Source: a virus (Duplodnaviria > Caudoviricetes). From it: DNA of 26,344 nt. The DNA is taken from positions 1 to 26,344 of the IMG/VR virus record IMGVR_UViG_3300030231_000512; one strand, written 5' to 3'. Each line of letters starts with the position of its first letter. Position 1 is the first letter of the stretch. Shown here one piece after another: positions 1-9,306 of this stretch. A program made the translations under genes and the position numbers. The notes beneath the pieces are model-generated. The model was not told the origin of the DNA. It did no database searches and saw only the letters and a program-made list of their open reading frames with translations.

Positions 1-663
1 TGTTCGTTTTTGACTTTTCGTCCTAAGCAGGGTGTTGATACACATTGTGGCGTTGAACTGGCAAAGAAGATGGATTTGGAGATTGCTGTTAATCTGGCAG
101 GTGGAGGTCGCGGTAACAAGAGGACAAGTTTCACAACAAAAGTGTGGTGTGAAAAGTATCCAGACATTGCTGAAAAATGTTTTTTCCTCATAGGGTCTAG
201 TTCAGGTACCAGGGTCGATTATCCAACAAGCGATGGATATAAGAGGCACAAATTTCCAAGCATGGCAACCACATGGAGAACTTACAGTCCAAACAAGGAC
301 CCCGAATGTAAGAGTTTTTGGAAGTACTTGATGCGTACTGGTGCGGACGTAGATCAGATGACGCAGATTGAATCAATTGATAACATTCTAAATTTACAAT
401 ATTATTTTGAGAAGAAAAAATATCCATACCTGATTTACCATACAATCTCTGACGCAAAAATTAAAAATGAAGACATTAAATTGTTGTATAGCAAAATAAA
501 CAAAGATAGATTTTTTAGGCCTGAATCAAGCCATATAGATTATGTTTTAGAAAACAAACTTACTATTAGTAATGACGACCCTCATCCAAGCACACAAGGA
601 CACGAACAATGGGCAATGCTCTTAAAGGAATATATAGATGCTAACAATCTACGCACCATTTAG
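1..663 (+). CDS. SGNH/GDSL-hydrolase-like protein, 5' truncated
   Basis: The frame is open from base 1 (CSFLT..., the end of a G-C-S-F block I motif). It also has NLAGGGRGN (block II-like) and a C-terminal DDPHPSTQGH (DxHP catalytic-like). The true start lies upstream of the window. Confidence 0.6.
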   Translation, partial: CSFLTFRPKQGVDTHCGVELAKKMDLEIAVNLAGGGRGNKRTSFTTKVWCEKYPDIAEKCFFLIGSSSGTRVDYPTSDGYKRHKFPSMATTWRTYSPNKDPECKSFWKYLMRTGADVDQMTQIESIDNILNLQYYFEKKKYPYLIYHTISDAKIKNEDIKLLYSKINKDRFFRPESSHIDYVLENKLTISNDDPHPSTQGHEQWAMLLKEYIDANNLRTI

Positions 664-1450
664 TAATACAAAAAGCAAAGCATGGGAAGTGTTCAATGGC
701 GTGCAAAAGTCCTGGCCTGACCAAATAACAAAACTTGATAACGCAGTTGAATTGGAACCTGTAAGCAACAGCATGTTCTGGGGATTGGTCAATAACAACT
801 TAGAAATGGTTAAAAAATTAGAGGCACGTAATCATAACTTCTGGTTTACTGATACTCCATACTTTGGTAGATTTGATAATGAGAACCTCAAACCTAACAA
901 TCATTATTGGCGTCTGTGTAAAAATGCAATACACGTTCCGTATATAAAAGACTGCAAGGCTGATAGATTTGAAAAATTTGGAATGAAAATTAAAGCACCA
1001 AACTTTGCCGGCAAGCACGTGTTGGTCTGTCCTAGTTCCCCCGGCATCAACAATTACTTAGACAAACCTAATTGGACGAACGACACTGTAGAACAGATTA
1101 AAAGGTACACAGACAGACCTATCAAACTTCGACACAAGCCTAGGGGCAGGGGTACATCAGGACCGAGTGAGGCCAAGGTACCCCTATCCGAGGACCTTAA
1201 GGAGGCATGGTGTGTCGTCACTAGTTGCTCGATAGCGGCCGTGGAAGCCATGTGTGAAGGAATACCTGTGTTCTGTGACAGTAAGAGTTTTGCTGTGGAT
1301 GTCGGTAACGTAGAACTGTCAGATTTAGAGAATCCCTATTACGGCGGCCCTGAACCTTGGTTGTATAGTTTAGCATACCAGCAGTTCACGCCTGAAGAGT
1401 TTGAGAACGGCCGGGCAGTAGAGATACTGATGGACAAAGGAATATTGTAA
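638..1450 (+). CDS. Putative GT-B / capsular polysaccharide biosynthesis (KpsS/KpsC-like) protein
   Basis: C-terminal 'IKLRHKP ... LSEDLKEAWCVVTSCSIAAVEAMCEGIPVF' resembles the GT-B C-terminal domain signature; glycan gene context. Confidence 0.55.
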   Translation: MLTIYAPFSNTKSKAWEVFNGVQKSWPDQITKLDNAVELEPVSNSMFWGLVNNNLEMVKKLEARNHNFWFTDTPYFGRFDNENLKPNNHYWRLCKNAIHVPYIKDCKADRFEKFGMKIKAPNFAGKHVLVCPSSPGINNYLDKPNWTNDTVEQIKRYTDRPIKLRHKPRGRGTSGPSEAKVPLSEDLKEAWCVVTSCSIAAVEAMCEGIPVFCDSKSFAVDVGNVELSDLENPYYGGPEPWLYSLAYQQFTPEEFENGRAVEILMDKGIL

Positions 1451-2151
1451 TGCCTAAACTTAAAATTTTTGATTCGGAATCATTTTCATTTCCCGTTGGA
1501 AATAAAAAAATTATTTTTGCAAATAACAAAGGACAGCAAACATATATTAAAAATAGGATGGACAGGATGTTGACCAAAGAACCAGAAACTATAAAATGGA
1601 TTAACAACTTTGAAACAGACAGTGTCTTTTTTGACATTGGTGCAAACATAGGTATCTATTCATTATACAGTGCAGTGGTAAAAGGAAATACCGTCTATGC
1701 GTTTGAACCACACGCCTCCAGTTATAAAAATTTGCTAGATAGTATTAACCTTAACCACTTGACAAGGTGTCATGCGTACAGTATTGCAATTAGCGATAAG
1801 ATTGACCTTTCTACAATCAATGTAAAGAATATGCACGAAGGTGTGGCCGATAATAAGGTTGGTGAGCAAGGAGAATATTACCATGGATGCACACAAATGC
1901 CATTAAATTTTTTAGTAGAGAGAAAAATACTACCCCAACCGGATTATATCAAGATAGACGTGGACGGTTTCGAAAACAAAGTTATAGAAGGATCGATGCA
2001 GGTATTTAGAAATTGTAAAGGACTTCTAGTTGAAATTGAACATAAGCACATTAATTATGTAGACATGATTTGTGCTTTGGGATTCAAACTAGAATCAAAA
2101 CACAAACGTAACGAAGAAGAATACAACTATATTTTTGTAAATGAAAATTGA
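1450..2151 (+). CDS. FkbM-family SAM-dependent methyltransferase
   Basis: FFDIGANIGIYS, VYAFEP and YIKIDVDGFE motifs. Confidence 0.9.
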   Translation: MPKLKIFDSESFSFPVGNKKIIFANNKGQQTYIKNRMDRMLTKEPETIKWINNFETDSVFFDIGANIGIYSLYSAVVKGNTVYAFEPHASSYKNLLDSINLNHLTRCHAYSIAISDKIDLSTINVKNMHEGVADNKVGEQGEYYHGCTQMPLNFLVERKILPQPDYIKIDVDGFENKVIEGSMQVFRNCKGLLVEIEHKHINYVDMICALGFKLESKHKRNEEEYNYIFVNEN

Positions 2152-2770
2152 AAAAGTAAATAATTTTTGGGTGCCAAGCAATGATGTGCATATCAATGAC
2201 TGGAAGTCTGGTAAACCTTTTACGCAGAATAAATGTTTAGAAAAATTTATTGCATACTGCGAAGCAAACAATAAAAAATTCAATCATATACTCGACATAG
2301 GTGCTTGGGTTGGCACGTGGAGTATGGCTATGAATCCATATTGTGGCAGAGTTGTGGCATTCGAACCTGATCCAGTTCACTATACTTGTCTTGTAAAAAA
2401 CGTTGCTGATGAAATAGAAACACATCAACTAGCAGTTGGGTCTGATACAAAGATGATATCACTGTCTGATGACAACTTCACTCAGGCAAAAAGAGTAATA
2501 GGTGACGGTGAAATACCTATGATCACAGTAGACAGTCTTAATCTTAGCGACATAGATGTAATCAAAATAGATGTTGAGGGGTATGAGATGGAAGTACTAA
2601 AAGGTGCTGAAAAAACTTTGCAAACAAACAAATATGTGATGATCGAACTGAATAGCAACACCGGGAAGTATGGCAGTAGCAATCAAGAGTGTATGGATCT
2701 ATTACAAAAAAATGGCTATAAACTTTTGTTAGACCATTGGCCAGATAAGGTATATTATCGTGCAGATTGA
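2141..2770 (+). CDS. FkbM-family SAM-dependent methyltransferase
   Basis: ILDIGAWVG, VVAFEP and VIKIDVEGYEMEVLKGA motifs. Confidence 0.9.
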   Translation: MKIEKVNNFWVPSNDVHINDWKSGKPFTQNKCLEKFIAYCEANNKKFNHILDIGAWVGTWSMAMNPYCGRVVAFEPDPVHYTCLVKNVADEIETHQLAVGSDTKMISLSDDNFTQAKRVIGDGEIPMITVDSLNLSDIDVIKIDVEGYEMEVLKGAEKTLQTNKYVMIELNSNTGKYGSSNQECMDLLQKNGYKLLLDHWPDKVYYRAD

Positions 2771-3401
2771 CGGAGAATCAAAAATAATATTCGTGCATAT
2801 ACCGAGGACAGGCGGTAGTTGGTTTAGTTATGCGTGGAATAGTGCTAAAGGAATAGGCCCTTGCATACTACGTGGGGAAAAATTGTTCAACAAATCTAAT
2901 AACAAAAGTGTTCAATGTGGTAAGCATGGAAGACTGTCAGGAATACTAGAGAAACTAGAAAAGATAGAATACGATCACAGGGGTCATAAGATTATTACAA
3001 TGGTTAGGCACCCAGTGGATAGAGCACTCAGCAGTTGGGTGTGGTTCAGTGAGGTTAAGGACACTGCAAAAAAACATGGTTGGAAAAGCATAGATGACAT
3101 GCTTGATGAGTTTGAAGGTGGCAATCACAGATCTAATTATTTGCCACAGGTATATTGGCTAGAAGAACAAAATGCTAAATTTGACCATATCTACAAGTTT
3201 GAAGATGTACTCTCAAACAATAAAATAGTTCAACAGGATTTTCCATTATTCAACAGAGGGTACGCCAATAAAAATCATCTAAGAAGAGGTAGAAAAGTAA
3301 CAGGTCACGAATATTTTGATCAAAAACAAATCGAAAGAATCAAACACTTGTACAGAGATGACATTGATTTTTTAAGCGAACATTACAAGGATCTTAAATA
3401 A
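2760..3401 (+). CDS. Sulfotransferase family protein (Sulfotransfer_2-like)
   Basis: 5'-PSB-like FVHIPRTGGS and 3'-PB-like VRHPVDRALS motifs; C-terminal 'LYRDDIDF'. GTG start overlaps the upstream gene. Confidence 0.8.
   Translation: MQIDGESKIIFVHIPRTGGSWFSYAWNSAKGIGPCILRGEKLFNKSNNKSVQCGKHGRLSGILEKLEKIEYDHRGHKIITMVRHPVDRALSSWVWFSEVKDTAKKHGWKSIDDMLDEFEGGNHRSNYLPQVYWLEEQNAKFDHIYKFEDVLSNNKIVQQDFPLFNRGYANKNHLRRGRKVTGHEYFDQKQIERIKHLYRDDIDFLSEHYKDLK
3395..3400 (+). promoter_or_regulatory. T4-late-like promoter box TAAATA, 5 nt before the epimerase ATG
   Basis: TAAATA-aaatt-ATG, the same geometry as at the structural genes; it overlaps the upstream stop codon. Confidence 0.45.
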
Positions 3402-3405
3402 AATT

Positions 3406-4410
3406 ATGAAAATTTTCATTACCGGAGTTGCCGGCTTCCTGGGTAGTCATTTAGCAGATTTAATGTTATCGCAAGGTCACACTGTGGCCGGGAACGACAA
3501 CATGATAGGTGGTTACACGGATAATGTGCCTCAAGATGTTGAGTTCCATCAAGTTGACTGTTGTGATTTAGAAAACTTGACTAAGGCAATGGAAGGATGT
3601 GACATCGTGTATCACACAGCGGCTACGGCCTATGAAGGATTGAGTGTATTCTCTCCTGTGCTTGTTACAAGAAATATATTTGAAGCATCAGTGACCACTA
3701 TCACAGCGGCAATAAGAAATAAAGTTAAACGTATTGTGTATTGTTCAAGTATGGCGAGATATGGACATCATGATGAGATGCCATACAAAGAAACTTACGA
3801 GTGCCGTCCCCAAGATCCATACGGTATTGCCAAGAAGGCCGGGGAAGATGTGCTTAAAAATTTATGTGAAACGCACGGAGTTGAGTATGTAATCGCTGTC
3901 CCACACAACATTGTTGGACCAAGACAAAAGTATGATGATCCTTTTAGAAACGTTATGTCTATCATGTTGAACAGAATGTTACAAGGTAAGCAACCAATCA
4001 TATACGGAGACGGAGAGCAACAAAGATGTTTTAGTTACATAGATGATTGTTTATATTGTTTGAATGCACTTGCGTTCCAAGACAATGTAGTCGGGGAAGT
4101 AATTAACATTGGCCCAGACGAAGAACCTATAACAATCAATGAGTTGGCCGAGGCCTGTGCAAACGAAACAGGAGTCAATCTTGATCCTATACATCACAAA
4201 GACAGACCCAAAGAGGTCAAACTAGCAGTGTGTTCATCAGACAAAGCAAGAGATTTACTAGGTTATAACACAGCAACCAATATGCGACAGTCAGTTAAGA
4301 AGACAGCAGAATACATAAGAACAAGAGGCACAAAAAAATTCCAATACCACCTACCTTTAGAAATTATAAATGACCAAACACCAGATACTTGGAAGAAGAA
4401 ATTGATATGA
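3406..4410 (+). CDS. NAD-dependent NDP-sugar epimerase/dehydratase (extended SDR)
   Basis: GVAGFLGS Rossmann motif, YGIAK (YxxxK), NIVGPRQ and GDGEQQRCFSYIDD. Confidence 0.93.
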   Translation: MKIFITGVAGFLGSHLADLMLSQGHTVAGNDNMIGGYTDNVPQDVEFHQVDCCDLENLTKAMEGCDIVYHTAATAYEGLSVFSPVLVTRNIFEASVTTITAAIRNKVKRIVYCSSMARYGHHDEMPYKETYECRPQDPYGIAKKAGEDVLKNLCETHGVEYVIAVPHNIVGPRQKYDDPFRNVMSIMLNRMLQGKQPIIYGDGEQQRCFSYIDDCLYCLNALAFQDNVVGEVINIGPDEEPITINELAEACANETGVNLDPIHHKDRPKEVKLAVCSSDKARDLLGYNTATNMRQSVKKTAEYIRTRGTKKFQYHLPLEIINDQTPDTWKKKLI

Positions 4411-5126
4411 TTTCTTTCTGTTGTCCATCAAGAGGCAGACCCGAACTAGCAAAAAGATTAGTTGATACTGCCACTGCAACACAAAAACACGACACAGAAT
4501 TTTTATTTTATCTCAATGACGATGATGAGAAACTTGAACAGTACAGAGACCTACTTGATGAGCAACATTACACAATAGGCCCAAATCAGTCCACATGTTT
4601 TAGTTGGAATTTGATGTGCGAGAAGGCATCTAATGATGTTGTGATGTTAATGGGCGACGATGTTCAAGTCAACACAAAGAATTGGGATCAACTGATCATA
4701 GACGAAATAGATAAGTTTGATGATAAAATCTTAATGGTTGTTCCCTCGGATGGTCGGAAAAAGAATGCGGAAAGGCTGGGTGATAAAACAAGGTTATGGG
4801 GTGATGAGCCGTTGGGAGCGGCACACTTTGCAGTGCATAAAAATTGGACAAACACATTAGGTTATCTCGCACCGGTTTTTTTTTGGCACTGGTACGTAGA
4901 TTCCTATACACAAAAAGTTGCAAGGAAAATCAATAGATGCCTTTACTTGCCAACAGTCGAATTCAAAGTTAAGAAAATCACCAACGACAATGCAGGTAAA
5001 CAAATAAGGTCTAACCTCAACATCAATCTAAGAGACAATTATGTTTGGGAGAGAGTCCGAGGTACGCACTTGTATACAGACGTGGATAGACTTGCAAAGT
5101 TTATAAAGGAAAAAAGCACTTCTTAG
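4407..5126 (+). CDS. GT-A (GT2-like) glycosyltransferase
   Basis: ISFCCPSRGRPE N-terminus, YLNDDD, LMGDD (DxD-like) and HWYVD. Start placed at the ATG of the ATGA overlap at 4407. Confidence 0.7.
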   Translation: MISFCCPSRGRPELAKRLVDTATATQKHDTEFLFYLNDDDEKLEQYRDLLDEQHYTIGPNQSTCFSWNLMCEKASNDVVMLMGDDVQVNTKNWDQLIIDEIDKFDDKILMVVPSDGRKKNAERLGDKTRLWGDEPLGAAHFAVHKNWTNTLGYLAPVFFWHWYVDSYTQKVARKINRCLYLPTVEFKVKKITNDNAGKQIRSNLNINLRDNYVWERVRGTHLYTDVDRLAKFIKEKSTS

Positions 5127-5712
5127 ATCTGTGCTTCATTACAAATAAATTAAAAGTTATTCTATTGGTATTTTGATTGCTTTCATATGAATGCCAAGTT
5201 TTACCTTGTTGTCCACAAAATATAAAACTTGAGTTTGGTTCCCATTTTGCTTCTTTAACAAAACTATCTTCGGTCTTAGCATTGTACATTTTAGTTCCAA
5301 CATTGTCTTGTGGTGTTATATATGTTACCGAACTCCAAGTTTTTTCAAGACCTTCTTGATGTATATGAAATTTGTATGGCAATGGAGGAGTAACACTGAT
5401 GTGTGCATTAATACCAAGGTTTGAATATTGTCTATAATTTGGATACACGCCCTGTATCTGTTGGATGTTGTCGTAAAGATTTTGACATATATCAACAGTT
5501 TCATCATAAAACTCTATGCCATGGTCTTTAAATTGATCAGGAAATATCTGAATAAGTTCTCCGGTCACATCCATTAGATTATCTTGACATTGTTGCCTTA
5601 ATTTTTTAAAAACAGATTCGTCAAATGTCTGTTGTATAATTTGATGTGGCCACGGATCAGTTTGCACTGGTGAATTAACACATTGATCTAAAAATCTTTT
5701 GCCCTGTGTCAT
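5101..5712 (-). CDS. 2OG-Fe(II) oxygenase superfamily protein
   Basis: DPWPH N-terminus, HIHQE (HxD/E), GTKMY, WEPNSSFIF, TWHS (distal His) and RITFN (2OG-binding Arg). Confidence 0.8.
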   Translation of the reverse strand: MTQGKRFLDQCVNSPVQTDPWPHQIIQQTFDESVFKKLRQQCQDNLMDVTGELIQIFPDQFKDHGIEFYDETVDICQNLYDNIQQIQGVYPNYRQYSNLGINAHISVTPPLPYKFHIHQEGLEKTWSSVTYITPQDNVGTKMYNAKTEDSFVKEAKWEPNSSFIFCGQQGKTWHSYESNQNTNRITFNLFVMKHRSKKCFFPL

Positions 5713-6140
5713 TTCAACCTCTCACAAATTTCATCAAATTTTTCCGTAGTCATTTCTATCTGAAACATTGGATTCCTAATGTATGTCCTTTTTGTTTTAA
5801 CAAATTTAATATCTTTAGATTTAGTTATGAAAAAAGTGTTAGGGGCATATTTTAGTTGTTTACCATTTACAGAGATGTAGGAAATGGTGCTGTCTGCTCT
5901 TTCTTTGAAAAACCATAAGCAAATTATATCTTTTCCAAAATCTACGTCCTGTAGTTTTTCTCTGAATTCAAAATTTATTTGAAATTCGTCTTTAAAGTTT
6001 TTCCATTCTTGGTGCGTTAGGTTGTTTTGGTTTTCATACAAGATATCATACTTTTTGACGTCAAACAGGTTTGCAGTGTATATGTGTGCAACCGGCGTGT
6101 CAAAATAGTGATTCTTTATTAATTTGTTCCAATACATCAA
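5709..6140 (-). CDS. Hypothetical protein, possibly a degenerate 2OG-Fe(II) oxygenase-fold paralog
   Basis: Coupled to both neighbours by ATGA-type overlaps. Segment-level similarity to the adjacent oxygenase, without the metal ligands. Confidence 0.5.
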   Translation of the reverse strand: MMYWNKLIKNHYFDTPVAHIYTANLFDVKKYDILYENQNNLTHQEWKNFKDEFQINFEFREKLQDVDFGKDIICLWFFKERADSTISYISVNGKQLKYAPNTFFITKSKDIKFVKTKRTYIRNPMFQIEMTTEKFDEICERLK

Positions 6141-6811
6141 GAACTAAAGAGATTTATTAACTCTTTCTTCCAATCGTCTGCGTATTCACAGTCTCGGTAT
6201 CCGTCAAACCACGGACCACCTTCTGTGTAGTGTAGTATTTTTGGTGTGCCATCTTGGGGTTGCTTATACCAACCAACAAGCCAGTTATATTCTAACGGAA
6301 GTGATCCAATCTCGTTGTCATCTAGCCAACTAAATCTATGTAAAAATTTTGGAGATTCTTCGTTTAGTAAATCAGGTGTGAGGATTTTATTTTTTGGATG
6401 TTCACAGTTCCATAAAACCATACTTGACCAATTTTTCCTTGGATATACTGTCTGCACCTGACCATCCATTTTTGTTGTTTCCTTTGGCGTGTAGTCGTGT
6501 TGCACGACAACAACTGCTTTTGAGTTGTCACAGTATTTTGCAAGTTCATGCGATGGTATCTTCCAGAGGAAATCACAGTCACAAAAAACCGCCCAACCTT
6601 TGAAGTCATTCATGTATGGCACGAAAAATCTTGTAAAAGTAAATTCTGTCGATGCTAATTTATCCACGGGTCTTGTGTACAAACCAGTATCTCTCATTTG
6701 TTTTTGTTTAAGGGGAATAACCTCTGCTGAAGGATCTCTACGCTTGATGCTGTGTTCACACACTTGGTATGCTATGTCTTCTCTGCTATCGTGGCCTACG
6801 TAAATCTTCAT
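6137..6811 (-). CDS. GT8-like (plant CDI-like) glycosyltransferase
   Basis: MKIYVGHDSRED, STEFTFTRF, DCDFL (DxD), YPRKNWSS, YNWLVG and LHYTEGGPW. Start at the ATGA overlap at 6811. Confidence 0.85.
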   Translation of the reverse strand: MKIYVGHDSREDIAYQVCEHSIKRRDPSAEVIPLKQKQMRDTGLYTRPVDKLASTEFTFTRFFVPYMNDFKGWAVFCDCDFLWKIPSHELAKYCDNSKAVVVVQHDYTPKETTKMDGQVQTVYPRKNWSSMVLWNCEHPKNKILTPDLLNEESPKFLHRFSWLDDNEIGSLPLEYNWLVGWYKQPQDGTPKILHYTEGGPWFDGYRDCEYADDWKKELINLFSS

Positions 6812-7437
6812 GCTCTTCCTGATAATAGTTTGTGTATCTGTTGCCAATTACTTACACGTAATATTTCAGGGTGCTGTAGATCTTGATTATATGGATGGTC
6901 TATTAATATAGGCTTTAAACCGTATTTGAGCCCCGCTAAAGCGTTGGTAGGCTTGTCCTCCACCCAATATAGTCCAGTACCGTGAAACTCCGCTAACGCT
7001 GAATCTTTGTCTGCTCCTGTGCCTAATATATGATAATTTACAAACACATGGTCGCCAAACAGTTCACCTAATCTACGCTTTCTAAGTTCCTGTGCTGGCT
7101 TGTCAGAAGTTTGAGATGTAATTGGAATGAACGTCCAACCTTCAGCGGCCAATAACTTTACCCATGTTTGTGAATCTGGCATAGGCCGTTGTGTTCCCAT
7201 CCATGCACTCCTATTAAATTCTCTAATTTGCTTTCTTATCTCGTCAACCGTTATTCCAAATCTTTCCGCCATTTCGTATGTGTTCTGTTTGTTGGGTAGT
7301 AATCTATATGGATGATATCTCGCCCCTCGCTCATCAAAAAGTGTTCTCTGTAACATCCATTTTGTGAAATGGTGTTCCCATTCCAACAAAACTCCATCAA
7401 CATCTGTGAGGATGATTCTGTTATTTGATATCGGCAT
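6808..7437 (-). CDS. HAD-superfamily 5'(3')-deoxyribonucleotidase-like phosphatase
   Basis: Motif I ILTDVDGVL, motif IV WVEDK and the DHPYN...RVSNW C-terminus. Confidence 0.8.
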   Translation of the reverse strand: MPISNNRIILTDVDGVLLEWEHHFTKWMLQRTLFDERGARYHPYRLLPNKQNTYEMAERFGITVDEIRKQIREFNRSAWMGTQRPMPDSQTWVKLLAAEGWTFIPITSQTSDKPAQELRKRRLGELFGDHVFVNYHILGTGADKDSALAEFHGTGLYWVEDKPTNALAGLKYGLKPILIDHPYNQDLQHPEILRVSNWQQIHKLLSGRA

Positions 7438-7882
7438 CTTCCATTCCCGCTACACGCAGTTTGACAATGTTTGTAATTTGCCATTGTTTCTGGTCCAGGC
7501 CTTTGGTGATACCCAAGTATTGATTTCTTATTAGTGCAAAATCATTTACAATTTTTGTTAAGTCAACTACGTCGTCTTCTCCGTCTACATATTTCTCTGC
7601 GTCTCTGCTTGAAAGAGCCCTGTTATAGTTTTCTAAAAATTTTTTGAATGTTTTGGACCTTAGTCTTCTAAGTTCTATGTTTAGGTATTCTAGTATTGCT
7701 TCTAATTGTTGCAGTTGACCAAATCTCTCTTCAACTATGCCAGGCAATGCCGCACTTGCCCTCTCTAGATTGCCATAAATTTTACACTGTTTCTTTGCTT
7801 CTTGTAATTCTTTTTCAAAGAACGCTACACAATTAGGAATCTTGTCTAAACTTCTGCTGACTTCGTTATACCAATTAATCAT
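7421..7882 (-). CDS. uvsY: UvsY-like recombination mediator
   Basis: Helical 153-aa protein with 'DAEKYVDGEDDVV' and 'KQWQITNIVKLR', resembling the UvsY C-terminus; next to uvsX. Confidence 0.7.
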   Translation of the reverse strand: MINWYNEVSRSLDKIPNCVAFFEKELQEAKKQCKIYGNLERASAALPGIVEERFGQLQQLEAILEYLNIELRRLRSKTFKKFLENYNRALSSRDAEKYVDGEDDVVDLTKIVNDFALIRNQYLGITKGLDQKQWQITNIVKLRVAGMEDADIK

Positions 7883-8108
7883 CTTCGCCGTATCCGTCTG
7901 ACTCTTCTTCGTCCTCGAACACAGTGTTAATTGCTTCTTCTAACTTAGGATCGTATTCGGCCGACGCTTTTATTTCGTCATGTTCAACACCAATGTCTTC
8001 TAAACTTTTAATAAAGTCGATGGCCGCATCAAGTTTAGATCTTTCTGGTACATAGTGAACTATAGAGTTCCATAGACGTTCTATGTCTTCATGTGTAAAG
8101 TCTATCAT
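7875..8108 (-). CDS. Small acidic hypothetical protein
   Basis: 77-aa ORF overlapping both uvsX and uvsY in a tight operon. Confidence 0.75.
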   Translation of the reverse strand: MIDFTHEDIERLWNSIVHYVPERSKLDAAIDFIKSLEDIGVEHDEIKASAEYDPKLEEAINTVFEDEEESDGYGEDD

Positions 8109-9163
8109 TATTCTTTAACGTCCTCTTCTATTTCTTCTGTGGGTGCTGTGTCTTTGAACTCTGCCATTATCATATCTAATTTATCACCTACCCATGCTTT
8201 TCTGAACTCTATGTGTTCCTTGCCTTTAGAATCTATGTATTTGAGTCTGTTACCCTGTTGTACAAGCAGACCTTTTTTCTCAAACAAGTCCACAAGTCCG
8301 CTATACGGATCCATGCCTGTGTCATATGGAATCTTGACTTGTACGCCCTCGAAAGGTTTAGCATATCTTGTTTTCATAACTTTACAAGCGGCTCTGATAC
8401 CCCTCACATCACTTACTTTGTTGCCTTTTTCGTCTTCTTTTAGTTTTAGTTTCTTCATTGCAACAACAATACTTGATGCATAGATAAATCCTTGTCCACC
8501 TGATATCTTGTCATCTGGATCAAACATATCTTGCGATGCGTATGTGTGGTTGGTTGCAATAAGTCCTACGTTCCAACTACCAAACATATTAACACAGTTC
8601 CTTACAAGTGCAGTTAAGGCCTTAGGTTTCCTACCTAGGTCACCTTTCATGTCACCTGCTTCAAACTGATTTACATCTGTTGGTGTAAGCATCATGCCTA
8701 GACTGTCAATAACGAATAGCACCTTAGGTGCACCTTCTTTGTTGTCTGCGTGTTGCTCTTTGTAACCTTTCATGAACTCCGAAACAGTTTTTGCTACATC
8801 GTCGACCATTGACATGCTTAATTTTAAAAGTTTGTCCTCTGATGTGTCCACTTTCAATGCTTGTAGCCACTGCTCGTCTAATGCGTTTTCAGTATCAATT
8901 AGTATTACAAATATACCTTGATCCTGTGCATTTTTAATAATGTTGCCTGATGCTATGTAAGATTTACCTGCACCAGACTCACCGGCAAGTACTGTCACTT
9001 TGCCTAGGGGAATTCCTTTGTTGAAATCACTAGTCATCAAATAGTTCAATGCATAGTTTCCTGTTGATATCCAATCAGTTGGATCACTGAATCCTATACC
9101 AAGTCCTTGAATTGATTTCGTAATGCTTTTTCTAAATTTTGTTGCGTCAAACACTTTTGTCAT
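8108..9163 (-). CDS. uvsX: UvsX/RecA-like recombinase
   Basis: ISTGNYALN, Walker A GESGAGKS, IDTENA, Walker B FVIDSLG, NHTY and SGGQG. Confidence 0.95.
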   Translation of the reverse strand: MTKVFDATKFRKSITKSIQGLGIGFSDPTDWISTGNYALNYLMTSDFNKGIPLGKVTVLAGESGAGKSYIASGNIIKNAQDQGIFVILIDTENALDEQWLQALKVDTSEDKLLKLSMSMVDDVAKTVSEFMKGYKEQHADNKEGAPKVLFVIDSLGMMLTPTDVNQFEAGDMKGDLGRKPKALTALVRNCVNMFGSWNVGLIATNHTYASQDMFDPDDKISGGQGFIYASSIVVAMKKLKLKEDEKGNKVSDVRGIRAACKVMKTRYAKPFEGVQVKIPYDTGMDPYSGLVDLFEKKGLLVQQGNRLKYIDSKGKEHIEFRKAWVGDKLDMIMAEFKDTAPTEEIEEDVKE

Positions 9164-9172
9164 TTTGTTTTC

Positions 9173-9271
9173 CTATAATACTATCCAAAGGATAACCGCA
9201 ACAATTAACACCCATGCGGGTATTTGTTTGTACAATATCCATTCGACAGCCTTTTGTATTTTCTTTTTCAT
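9173..9271 (-). CDS. 32-aa single-pass membrane peptide (absent from the ORF track)
   Basis: MKKKIQKAVEWILYKQIPAWVLIVAVILWIVL*. It fills the gap exactly and sits directly after a sigma70-like promoter. Confidence 0.7.
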   Translation of the reverse strand: MKKKIQKAVEWILYKQIPAWVLIVAVILWIVL

Positions 9272-9277
9272 GTTATT

Positions 9278-9306
9278 ATATTACTACACAAGGCCTTAAT
9301 AGTCAA
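9278..9306 (-). promoter_or_regulatory. Sigma70-like promoter TTGACT-17-TAATAT for the uvsX operon
   Basis: -35 at 9301-9306, -10 at 9278-9283, ATG 6 nt downstream. Confidence 0.6.

Noticed and set aside
8108-9163. Cellular recA or bacterial LPS locus origin
   Set aside because: The sequence is UvsX-like and embedded among phage replication and virion genes.
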